A DNA stretch of 64,000 bases from Patescibacteria group bacterium (lineage in GTDB: Bacteria; Patescibacteriota; Microgenomatia; UBA1406): NCBI GenBank assembly GCA_041665145.1, contig JBAYJK010000004.1, positions 66,434-130,433 on the forward strand. The letters are read 5' to 3'. Shown one piece after another: positions 36,662-45,039 of the stretch. Numbering within the stretch: position 1 is the stretch's first letter; every line of letters begins with the position of its first letter. The notes under the pieces are model-generated. The model saw only the letters and a program-made list of their open reading frames with translations. It was not told the origin of the DNA and ran no database searches. The position numbers and the translations under genes were made by a program.

Positions 36662-38203
36662 ATGGATATTCATCGCCGCGTAGTTCTCATTATCGCTGAC
36701 GGCTGGGGTGTCGCGCCTCCAAGTCCGGGGAATTACATCAGTCAGGCAAAGACACCAAATTTCGACAATTTTCTTGTAAAATACCCTAATTCGACGAATG
36801 TGGCAGCCGGAAATGCTGTTGGAGTCCCTGAAGGTTCACAAGGCAATTCAGAGATTGGACATCTGCATATCGGAGCGGGAAGGATCGTCTGGCAAATGCT
36901 TACACTCGTCAATAAAGCAATTGACGATGGGTCGCTTTTCGAAAAAGAGAACCTGAAAACCGCTCTAGAAAAAGTGAAAAATGACAACTCGTCACTCCAC
37001 ATTTTTGGCATGTTCTCTGACGAGGGAATACATTCTCATATTAATCATGCAAAAGCTCTCCTTACATACGCACAGAAAATGGGTATTCAAAAAATCTATA
37101 TTCATTTTATTGCAGACGGACGCGATGTACCAGAAAAATCTGCCCAGACATATGTTGATGATATTGAAAAGTTGGGAATCGGAAAAATTGCCTCAGTCGT
37201 TGGGAGATATTATGCGATGGATCGCGATAATAATTGGGACCGAACGCAAAAAGCATACGATATGTTAACGCTCGGAAAAGGATTCACAGCACAAACAGCG
37301 ACCGAAGCTGTTAGTAACGCTTATGCGCGAGGTGATAAAACCGATTATTATATTCAGCCTACGGTTATCGTCGATCAGAGCAACGCCCCTGTTTCTGTTC
37401 TCCAAGATAACGATCTTGTTATATTTTTTAACTTCAGGACAGACCGTCCACGACAACTAAGTCACGCACTAAAGGACTCTATTTTTGATAAGTTTAATCG
37501 AGAGAAACATCCAACCGTATCATTACTTACTATGACTCCTTATGATACGTCATTAGAAGAAAATGCAATTCTTCATTTTCACGAACAACCTGTTGTTAAT
37601 AATTTAGGATCAATCCTTTCACAAAATAATCTGAAACAGTTACGACTTGCAGAAACCGATAAATATGCCCATGTAACTTATTTCTTTAATTCGGAAATTG
37701 AAAAACCATTTTCTGGAGAAGATAGAATTTTAATACCAAGTCCAAAAGTACCTTCGTACGACTTAGAACCAGAGATGTCTGCCCGCGAAATTACTAAAAC
37801 CGCACTACAAAAAATTTCGGAAAACACATACGACTTTATGCTTATTAATTTCGCAAATTGCGATTTAGTTGGACACGCTGCTGTTAAAAAAGCAGTTATA
37901 ACAGCCGTTGAGACAGTCGACCAATGCGTAGGAACCGTTGTTACAGCAGCACTGGCAACTGGCTATACGGTGATATTTACAGCAGATCACGGCAATGCAG
38001 AGGATAAGCTCTATAGCAATGGGCAACCGAGACCATCTCACTCTACAAATCCGGTTCCATTTATACTCATCTCGAGGGATCTTGAATTGCAAAGGGTAGC
38101 ATTAAAATCGGGTGGTCAACAAGACGTTGCACCTACAATTCTCGAGATTATGGGATTACCGAAACCTCCTGAAATGACTGGGACTAGTCTTATTCATAAA
38201 TAA
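36662..38203 (+). CDS. gpmI: 2,3-bisphosphoglycerate-independent phosphoglycerate mutase
   Basis: 'ILDGWG'-type N-terminus ('IIADGWGVAPP'), 'NSEIGHLHIGAGR', 'ADHGNAE'. Confidence 0.93.
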   Translation: MDIHRRVVLIIADGWGVAPPSPGNYISQAKTPNFDNFLVKYPNSTNVAAGNAVGVPEGSQGNSEIGHLHIGAGRIVWQMLTLVNKAIDDGSLFEKENLKTALEKVKNDNSSLHIFGMFSDEGIHSHINHAKALLTYAQKMGIQKIYIHFIADGRDVPEKSAQTYVDDIEKLGIGKIASVVGRYYAMDRDNNWDRTQKAYDMLTLGKGFTAQTATEAVSNAYARGDKTDYYIQPTVIVDQSNAPVSVLQDNDLVIFFNFRTDRPRQLSHALKDSIFDKFNREKHPTVSLLTMTPYDTSLEENAILHFHEQPVVNNLGSILSQNNLKQLRLAETDKYAHVTYFFNSEIEKPFSGEDRILIPSPKVPSYDLEPEMSAREITKTALQKISENTYDFMLINFANCDLVGHAAVKKAVITAVETVDQCVGTVVTAALATGYTVIFTADHGNAEDKLYSNGQPRPSHSTNPVPFILISRDLELQRVALKSGGQQDVAPTILEIMGLPKPPEMTGTSLIHK

Positions 38204-39515
38204 CGACCGGCATTCCGATTTCCGCCCAATTGTACACAAGTTGCGCTTCTCCAACATCAAGCGACACACAGCCACCTGTGTGAGGTGATCCGATAAAGTC
38301 CCGGGGTCTGCGTATCTGGGTACCGTCACCCGTTACCCAATAGGGAAGTTCATGAATCCCGAGATACGCATTAATCTTCGGATCTAAATAAAACGCCATC
38401 CAATACGGCATCCATACATGATAAATGTCAGAGAATGCGTTCGGTGCTTTGTTCATTATTTTGTAAGTTCCCGGTGGAGTCGGGTAATAAAGTCCGGAAG
38501 AAATCCGGTGCGTTGCAATATTCTGCCCGTTTTCCCATAAGTACATCATCTGTTGGCGGATATCGATTTCGATATATTTTTTCGCAATCTCCCCATGACT
38601 TTGTGCGGTTTGTATTACGGACGCCTGGACTACCGACGCATCGAATGCATTAAACCGGCTTGTCGCAAGTGATACTAAATTTTTTTTCAGATCCTGCATA
38701 TCTACGGTCAGATCTTTTCTCTGCAAAACAGCTGTAAGCTGAGCTTGTACATATTGTTTCAGACTGTCTTCATCTATATCTATGCTCAATTGCTGTAAAA
38801 CGCCGTTGTATCGGACACGCAAAAGCTTTTTAAACTCCTCGTGCTGGATAGTTAGTGAGGAACCCACATAAGGAAGCGAGATCACGACCGGTTTGGCAGT
38901 AATTCTTCCAAGATTCTCATTGTAGGTATTTACCGTAACAGACTTTTCCGGAGATGTAACCTTTATGAAGTTTGCCTTGATAGGAACGGCCTTCCCAAAT
39001 TGGGCGGTGATTGTCTGCGCAAGAGACTTTGGTTCGACAGAATATTTCTCTTCGTATGATCTAAACACTAATTGTTTACCTTCATCATTAACGGAGATTT
39101 CATCGGGTTTTGCCGAAAAATCAAATACGGTATTACTGAACCGCTCATAGAATTCTTGAGTAAACACCAGCTGGGGTTGAATCATCCGCTGGGAGTACAA
39201 TGCAGTTACATATGTGATGATATTCTTCGGAAAGCCTTCGTGTTCGTAAAAGAACACCGCATCAACGGTTTTGTTGATATCAAAAACAATACCAAGTTCC
39301 GATAAGCTATAGGTATATATTCTTCCTTTGATATCAATGGTGATTGGCGTTGCCTCTGTACGCGCGAGCATCTTTAATACTGCATCTTTCGGAAGATATG
39401 ACACGTTCACTGAGTCAAAGAACGTATTGGGAAAGACGTGCTTTGTTACGTAGTTGCTGAAGTACGAAATCAAACATATCACAAAGACAATTCCCAACAA
39501 AAGAATCTTCTTCAT
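38190..39515 (-). CDS. L,D-transpeptidase (YkuD domain) with a large N-terminal extracytoplasmic region
   Basis: N-terminal TM. C-terminal 'GIHELPY....GSPHTGGCVSL' catalytic His/Cys motif. TATCAT (39527..39522) + 6 nt + ATG. Confidence 0.8.
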   Translation of the reverse strand: MKKILLLGIVFVICLISYFSNYVTKHVFPNTFFDSVNVSYLPKDAVLKMLARTEATPITIDIKGRIYTYSLSELGIVFDINKTVDAVFFYEHEGFPKNIITYVTALYSQRMIQPQLVFTQEFYERFSNTVFDFSAKPDEISVNDEGKQLVFRSYEEKYSVEPKSLAQTITAQFGKAVPIKANFIKVTSPEKSVTVNTYNENLGRITAKPVVISLPYVGSSLTIQHEEFKKLLRVRYNGVLQQLSIDIDEDSLKQYVQAQLTAVLQRKDLTVDMQDLKKNLVSLATSRFNAFDASVVQASVIQTAQSHGEIAKKYIEIDIRQQMMYLWENGQNIATHRISSGLYYPTPPGTYKIMNKAPNAFSDIYHVWMPYWMAFYLDPKINAYLGIHELPYWVTGDGTQIRRPRDFIGSPHTGGCVSLDVGEAQLVYNWAEIGMPVVIYE

Positions 39516-39535
39516 ATATGCATGATACAGTTTTT

Positions 39536-40621
39536 CTACGTCAGGATTTCGTTTTCAGTTCCCGCAAAGCTTTCTACAACTTTTTTTATTTTGGGAACAG
39601 ATGTTTTTTTTGCAACCAAGAGGACATCTTTTGTATCTACTACCAGCAGTTCATCAAGATCAATGCCGACGATAAGTTTCTTCTCATCATAGTTGTATAC
39701 AAGCGTATCCTTGGAGTCGGTGAGGTACACTTTTCCTTTGGTAATGTTTTCACCGGGAAAATTTTCCAAAGCCTCTTTCAGTGCTTCCCACGCTCCCACA
39801 TCACTCCACCCAATATCATCGACAGAGACAAGTGCTTCTTTTTTATCAAGTTGCTCGAGTATCGCATTATCAAAGCTTATCGACTCGATTTTCGAATATT
39901 CCTTCTTGTACACTGCCTCAAATTTATCTGTTCCCAATGCCGCAAGAATCCTCTCAACACTTTCGTGTATGGAAGGAGCGAAACGCTTGAATGCGTCATA
40001 GATAAATTTCGGCGTGGTGACAAAATAACCCAGATTCCACGCATGTCGTCCTGAGTGAAAATATTCCTCAGCCATTGTAGGATCCGGTCGGTATTTAAAA
40101 CCTTCAAAAGAGTGAAGAGACACATTTCCTTTGTGCTCCACCACATTGCCATAATGAATCCAACCCAAATTCTGGCTCGCAAAGCGGGGAGTGTGACCAA
40201 TAAAGACTATTTTATTCGGGTGTTCGGTCGTGTATTCACTTGCCGCCGCAATAATCTGCTTAAAACGTTTGTCTTTTTTAACTATATGGTCGCTCCACAG
40301 TATCACAACGGGTTCATTGATTCCCTTTTTCAGAAGCATCCCCATTGCCAAGGCTACAGCCGGTCCCACGTCTTTTTTTTCGGGTTCAAAGATAAAATTC
40401 TCTTTCGGGACTTCGGGTAATTGCTCAACAATTATGTCTTTATATACGGCATTTGTTGAAAGAAAAATATCTTCCGGCTTAAAATCCGGGTACAGCCGTT
40501 CAACCGCAAGCTGAAGTGTTGATTTATCACCGATAATTTTTTCAAATTGCTTCGGCGATTTTTTTCGAGATAACGGCCATAATCGGGTACCAGCTCCACC
40601 GGCAAAAATAATTGCTTTCAT
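39536..40621 (-). CDS. mannose-1-phosphate guanylyltransferase-like sugar nucleotidyltransferase
   Basis: 'IFAGGAGTRLWPLSR' and 'GWIHYG'. 361 aa. Confidence 0.8.
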   Translation of the reverse strand: MKAIIFAGGAGTRLWPLSRKKSPKQFEKIIGDKSTLQLAVERLYPDFKPEDIFLSTNAVYKDIIVEQLPEVPKENFIFEPEKKDVGPAVALAMGMLLKKGINEPVVILWSDHIVKKDKRFKQIIAAASEYTTEHPNKIVFIGHTPRFASQNLGWIHYGNVVEHKGNVSLHSFEGFKYRPDPTMAEEYFHSGRHAWNLGYFVTTPKFIYDAFKRFAPSIHESVERILAALGTDKFEAVYKKEYSKIESISFDNAILEQLDKKEALVSVDDIGWSDVGAWEALKEALENFPGENITKGKVYLTDSKDTLVYNYDEKKLIVGIDLDELLVVDTKDVLLVAKKTSVPKIKKVVESFAGTENEILT

Positions 40622-40642
40622 CTTAAATAGAAAAACTGTTAA

Positions 40643-41728
40643 TTAGTTTGAAATTTGCTGTTTAATTTTCGTTATGAATTTCTTTTTGGAGAACATCTCA
40701 ACTACACTTGTGTCCATATTGTAATCTGAAACACGAAATTTCTCAACTTGCTTCACAATTTCAGACGCGGTTTGCTCAGAAAACAAAATTCCATTTCCTT
40801 TGTTCCGGACAAATTCCGCCACGCCGCTTTTAGCGTAACTCATGACAGGAGTTTTGAAAAACACACTTTCGAGAGCCGTGTATCCAAAATCTTCCGACTG
40901 AGGCATCAGAAGAGCGGTTGCGTGTCGGTAAACATAAGCAAGTTCAAAGTCGGATAAATTCGAATACACTGTTATATTGTTAAAATTGCTGATAGATTTA
41001 CGGATTTTGGGCAGTTCAGATCCTGAACCGATTATTACCAAATTCTGATGCGGCATTTTGGAGAACGCATCGGTGAGAAGATCGATCCGTTTGTACGGTT
41101 CGAGGCGCCCTACAAAAAGAAAATAGTTCTGAGGTAGAGAGATTGAGGGTTTCTTACTATTTCTTTTCAGATTCTCATAATAGTCCATGTCAAAAGGCGG
41201 ATAAACAACAGTAGATGGTAGATAGTAGATAGTAGATAGTAAATGCTGAGTATGTTTAGAAAGAGTAAGGATTTTATCGGGCCGCTTACTTGCTATCTTA
41301 TCCCAGTCTTGCAACCATTTAACAATTCCAGCAATATAACCATGATTGGTATATCGTTCTTTCTCATGCCACAAAAAACGTGTCGGTGCAAAAATATAAG
41401 AAATATGTTTCGTTTCCGGCCGCGTTAATACCCCTTTTGCAAACGCTGATGAAATCGATAAGACCACATCGTATGCTGATAAATTAAGTGACTCGATCGC
41501 ATAGGGCATAAACGGAGCTAAGAATTGTTTGTGGGGGACAAGGTTATACCACGACTGCAGAAATGTTGTTTTAATACGATTGCTGTATTTTTTTGCCCAC
41601 ACAGCTTTGCGGTAATCGGCGTACAGCGTGTAAATATCAGCCGCCGGGTAAAGATCAAACAGTGTACTCAATATCCTTTCCGCACCACCCCACGAGTCTA
41701 TCCAGTCATAGACAATAGCCAGTTTCAT
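40643..41728 (-). CDS. glycosyltransferase family 4
   Basis: 'MKLAIVYDWIDSWGGAERIL' and 'EDFGYTALESVFFKTPV'. The ORF-track start 41833 would overlap the upstream gene, so ATG 41728 is preferred. Confidence 0.8.
   Translation of the reverse strand: MKLAIVYDWIDSWGGAERILSTLFDLYPAADIYTLYADYRKAVWAKKYSNRIKTTFLQSWYNLVPHKQFLAPFMPYAIESLNLSAYDVVLSISSAFAKGVLTRPETKHISYIFAPTRFLWHEKERYTNHGYIAGIVKWLQDWDKIASKRPDKILTLSKHTQHLLSTIYYLPSTVVYPPFDMDYYENLKRNSKKPSISLPQNYFLFVGRLEPYKRIDLLTDAFSKMPHQNLVIIGSGSELPKIRKSISNFNNITVYSNLSDFELAYVYRHATALLMPQSEDFGYTALESVFFKTPVMSYAKSGVAEFVRNKGNGILFSEQTASEIVKQVEKFRVSDYNMDTSVVEMFSKKKFITKIKQQISN
41211..41245. repeat. tandem heptanucleotide repeat inside the GT4 coding sequence
   Basis: GTAGATG GTAGATA GTAGATA GTAGATA GTAAATG (coding strand CTACTAT-type). 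Encodes '..HLLSTIYYLPST..'. Confidence 0.85.
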
Positions 41729-41780
41729 AATATTGTAATTAGTAGACAGTAGCCTGCTTGTCTCGCTGTAAAGCGGATGG

Positions 41781-42869
41781 TCAGGACAGCGCGTCTTTAT
41801 ACACTTGTAATGTATCTTTGGACATTTTTTCAAACGAGAAGCGATCGAAATACTGCTTTCCCGGTTCGATGTGTTTTGGTGTTCTGGCTAATTTTTCTGC
41901 CAGATCTTTTTCATCGCGGGGATTAAAAAAAACAGTACCCGGTAATGCGATTTCGTGAAATACCGGGATATCAGAGAGCAAAAGAGGGCAATGAAAATAC
42001 ACAGCCTCTACAATTGGCAATCCGAACCCCTCAAACAACGAAGGTAGTACAAGTGCCTGAGCGTGGGTGTACAAATACTTAAGGTTTTCGTCTGAGGGCC
42101 GGGAAACAAAAGAAACCGAGCGCGACAGACCAAGTTCCTCAACCACCAATCGTATGCGATTAGTAAAAAAATCATTAGGGCCGGCAAGCACAAGATGATT
42201 GGGTTGTTTCAGATGTTTAAACGAACGCAAAAGAAACTCCACATTCTTATGAGGATAAAAATTACCAACGTACAAATAGTATTTCTCGGGAATCTTATCC
42301 AATGGGTTTTCTTCGCGCATATCGGACATGTTTTCACCGACACCTTCGTAAGTCACGACAATTCTATCCGGCTGTGTATGGTATCTTTTTTCAATATCTT
42401 TTTTAACAAAATCTGTCGGGACGATTATTTTTTTTGACCCGTTTATTGCATGTTGCAACGCAACTAAATAGCCTAATCTTTTAGCCAAATATACTAGCGG
42501 GTTTTTGGTTGTGGCTTTGCCGGTTGCAAAATGAAGTATAGTCAGGTCATGAATCGTAACGACGAAAGGTCGCCGATAAAATATGGGGTGTGAGAAGTAG
42601 GGAAAATGTACTAAGTCGTAATCATCTTCCTCAAGTTCTTTCCAAAATTTCATCTGTTCATCAAAAGAATGCCATTTTGCCTCAGTTTTCTTTATTTTGA
42701 AATTAGAACTTTGTTTCGGATTTCGAGATTCGAAATTCGAGTTTTCGCACGTCCATAGCGTGTACTCATTTTCTCTATCGAGATCCGACAGATAATAAAC
42801 GAAGTTCCGTATATATCTTCCAACACCACCCTCCTCAGCCAAACGGCAGTCAATGGCAATTCTTTTCAT
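41781..42869 (-). CDS. glycosyltransferase family 4/1 (GT-B)
   Basis: 'PSLFEGFGLPIVEAVYFHCPLLLSD'. The start is 1 nt after the upstream stop. Confidence 0.8.
   Translation of the reverse strand: MKRIAIDCRLAEEGGVGRYIRNFVYYLSDLDRENEYTLWTCENSNFESRNPKQSSNFKIKKTEAKWHSFDEQMKFWKELEEDDYDLVHFPYFSHPIFYRRPFVVTIHDLTILHFATGKATTKNPLVYLAKRLGYLVALQHAINGSKKIIVPTDFVKKDIEKRYHTQPDRIVVTYEGVGENMSDMREENPLDKIPEKYYLYVGNFYPHKNVEFLLRSFKHLKQPNHLVLAGPNDFFTNRIRLVVEELGLSRSVSFVSRPSDENLKYLYTHAQALVLPSLFEGFGLPIVEAVYFHCPLLLSDIPVFHEIALPGTVFFNPRDEKDLAEKLARTPKHIEPGKQYFDRFSFEKMSKDTLQVYKDALS
42717..42744. repeat. imperfect heptanucleotide repeat inside a glycosyltransferase coding sequence
   Basis: CGGATTT CGAGATT CGAAATT CGAGTTT. 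Encodes '..ENSNFESRNPK..'. Confidence 0.7.
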
Positions 42870-42870
42870 A

Positions 42871-43725
42871 TTATTTCTTAAGAACAGACATAATTTTTAT
42901 TCCCAAACGGACAAAAAATGTTATGAAGAGCGGGTACTTTGTGGTGTAGTGTTTTTCATAAAACATCCCCATGGAAGAAAAAAAATATGATTTGCTTCTT
43001 ACACGAGCAGAACTATCAACACTCTTCTGGCCACTTTGGTATTTCAAGTGTTGTGCTTGGTAGGAAGGATAGAACCAAATTGAGTAGCCTAATTTTTTAA
43101 TGCGATAACACAGGTCGATATCTTCAGCATAAAAGAAATAGTCGGAATCGAAGCCTTTCACTTCAGTGAAAACTGAACGCTTCATCAGAAAAAAAGCAGC
43201 ACTTGGACAGTCGATTTCATGAATAGTCGTCAGATCAGCGTCTGTGAGATGGTAGGTTCCCCCCATAAGTTTCTCCAACCCGGAAAAGTATACGAAAGAG
43301 TTTAGTGGTGTAGGAAATCCCCGATGACATGCTTTGTCCATTTTTCCGTCGGGTGTATTAAGACGGATTGCCAGTGCAGCCCGTCGTTTTTCTTTTGCCA
43401 GAAATGACAAAAGTACCGGAAAGTCGATGGGATGATCAAGGTAGACATCCGAATTCAAAAGCAATAGGAAATCACCTGCAGAATGTGCAACTCCGGTGTT
43501 ATTTCCCACGCCGAATCCGGTATTTTCGGGAAGAAGCACGGAAATTATATTTTTCTGCTTTTTTAGAAAGGGTACCGTCTCATCCGTTGAGGCGTTGTCA
43601 ACAACCACGATTTCGTACATTTTTGAGCTTGGAAAAGACTGATTGAGCTGTTCTCTTAACAACTCAAGACACCGGGGGATCACATGAAACGAGTTATGCG
43701 TTACAATAATAACCGACAGTTGCAT
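42871..43725 (-). CDS. glycosyltransferase family 2
   Basis: 'LSVIIVTHNS', 'VVDNASTDET', 'EDIDLCYR'. Start reassigned to ATG 43725 (TATAAT + 6 nt). Confidence 0.85.
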   Translation of the reverse strand: MQLSVIIVTHNSFHVIPRCLELLREQLNQSFPSSKMYEIVVVDNASTDETVPFLKKQKNIISVLLPENTGFGVGNNTGVAHSAGDFLLLLNSDVYLDHPIDFPVLLSFLAKEKRRAALAIRLNTPDGKMDKACHRGFPTPLNSFVYFSGLEKLMGGTYHLTDADLTTIHEIDCPSAAFFLMKRSVFTEVKGFDSDYFFYAEDIDLCYRIKKLGYSIWFYPSYQAQHLKYQSGQKSVDSSARVRSKSYFFSSMGMFYEKHYTTKYPLFITFFVRLGIKIMSVLKK

Positions 43726-43731
43726 ACAAGT

Positions 43732-43739
43732 ATTATACT
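43732..43739. promoter_or_regulatory. overlapping back-to-back -10 boxes in a 20-bp intergenic region
   Basis: The top strand carries TATACT (43734-43739) + 6 nt + ATG 43746. The bottom strand carries TATAAT (43737..43732) + 6 nt + ATG 43725. Confidence 0.65.
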
Positions 43740-43745
43740 GTAAAC

Positions 43746-44252
43746 ATGTTCGAAATAGATTTTCGCTTTTGCCCCGCATGCCGTGGAGAGTTTAAAAAAG
43801 AAGGAGTCAATTTTTTGCGCTGCACTCAGTGTGATCTCCGCTATTACGTTAATCCGCATCCCTGCAACGCGGTAATCATAGAAAACAGCAAGAAGGAAAT
43901 TATGTTGATCGAACGGAAAATCGACCCAAAAAAAGGGATGCTTGATCTGCCCGGCGGGTTTGTCGATTTAAACGAATCCTTCGAAGACTCGGTGACCCGT
44001 GAGATTAAAGAAGAGTTGCAGGTAGTGATTACCGACTTAAAATACTTCGGATCATATTACGATCTCTACGGATATGGACAGATTACATACCATACGCTCT
44101 GTTGTGTTTTTTTGGGTTCCATCGGAGAACAACAGCCGATCCCAACAGACGATGTTGCCGCAATACAATATTTTCCGAAAGACCGCATCCCATTTGACAA
44201 GCTCGCTTTCGACGGATTACGTCAGGCAATCGGAGACTATTTACACAAATAG
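43746..44252 (+). CDS. NUDIX hydrolase with N-terminal zinc ribbon
   Basis: Nudix box 'GGFVDLNESFEDSVTREIKEELQV'. 'CPACRGEF...CTQCDLRY'. Confidence 0.85.
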   Translation: MFEIDFRFCPACRGEFKKEGVNFLRCTQCDLRYYVNPHPCNAVIIENSKKEIMLIERKIDPKKGMLDLPGGFVDLNESFEDSVTREIKEELQVVITDLKYFGSYYDLYGYGQITYHTLCCVFLGSIGEQQPIPTDDVAAIQYFPKDRIPFDKLAFDGLRQAIGDYLHK

Positions 44253-44281
44253 ACCACTGGAACAGCGAGAACAAATTCTCC

Positions 44282-44310
44282 TTGACAAGTGAACAATTGT
44301 TCACTATAGT
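44282..44310 (+). promoter_or_regulatory. lexA promoter (consensus sigma-70, leaderless geometry)
   Basis: -35 TTGACA (44282-44287), 17-nt spacer, -10 TATAGT (44305-44310), then 6 nt to ATG 44317. Confidence 0.8.
44289..44304. promoter_or_regulatory. SOS box (Cheo-type GAAC-N4-GTTC), perfect 16-bp palindrome GTGAACAATTGTTCAC
   Basis: Fills the -35/-10 spacer of the lexA promoter. Confidence 0.8.
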
Positions 44311-44316
44311 GGTCAC

Positions 44317-44895
44317 ATGCAAAAACAACTAGAGGATCGGTTATCGGCACTGAAAGATTTTTTTCATCACAGTAAGCGCTTACCAAGTTATAGTGAATTA
44401 CAAAAACTGTGGGACCTTGCTTCCAAGAATGCCGTATTCAAAGCAATTCACAATCTTATCGAAGAAGGTTTCTTGCAAAAAGATACACACAACAAACTTG
44501 CACCGACCCCGTTATTTTTTGCTCTCAACCTATACGGTCAGGTTCCTGCTGGTTTTCCGGTACCGACACCCGATGATCAGGCAGATGCATTGTCTCTTGA
44601 GTCGTACCTCATCGAAAAGCCCAGTGCGACATTTCTTTTAAAAGTAAGTGGAGATTCTCTGAAGGATCTCGGAATTCTCCCCGGTGACTTAGCACTTTTA
44701 GAAAAAACAAAAAACGCCCGACGCGGACAAGTTGTTCTCGCCCGGGTTGATGGGGAGTGGACATTAAAGATCTTGGCCAAGGATAAAAACAGATTATATC
44801 TGCAACCGGCAAACAGCAATTATGCTCCCATCATTCCAAAAAATGAGTTAAGCATTTATGGAGTGGTTAAGGGAGTGGTGAGAAAGTACATTTAA
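44317..44895 (+). CDS. lexA: LexA repressor (S24 peptidase)
   Basis: N-terminal winged helix. Cleavage site 'VPAGFP'. Ser/Lys dyad 'SGDSL' ... 'WTLKIL'. Confidence 0.85.
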   Translation: MQKQLEDRLSALKDFFHHSKRLPSYSELQKLWDLASKNAVFKAIHNLIEEGFLQKDTHNKLAPTPLFFALNLYGQVPAGFPVPTPDDQADALSLESYLIEKPSATFLLKVSGDSLKDLGILPGDLALLEKTKNARRGQVVLARVDGEWTLKILAKDKNRLYLQPANSNYAPIIPKNELSIYGVVKGVVRKYI

Positions 44896-44897
44896 AT

Positions 44898-44958
44898 AAG
44901 TTGTAAGGTGTAAGTTGAAAGTTGTATTAAAACTGTAACTGATTAAGTTGTAAGTATT
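44898..44958. repeat. heptamer array, AAGKNNN units (x4, gap, x2)
   Basis: AAGTTGT AAGGTGT AAGTTGA AAGTTGT (44898-44925). AAGTTGT AAGTATT (44945-44958). Confidence 0.8.
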
Positions 44959-44973
44959 TATTGCGCTCTCAAT

Positions 44974-45033
44974 ACAACTTACAGCTTGTAGCTTTAGACT
45001 TTATTACAACTTACACCTTACGACTTTCAACTT
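44974..45033. repeat. heptamer array, NNNNCTT units (x4, TATT, x4), the reverse complement of the left array
   Basis: ACAACTT ACAGCTT GTAGCTT TAGACTT / TATT / ACAACTT ACACCTT ACGACTT TCAACTT. Confidence 0.8.
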
Positions 45034-45039
45034 TATTTC

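Noticed and set aside
39518-40514. Several plus-strand ORFs (178, 102, 121 and 94 aa) opposite the sugar nucleotidyltransferase gene
   Set aside because: They lie antisense to a gene with clear family motifs. Their translations are low-complexity or hydrophobic nonsense with no promoter or start context.
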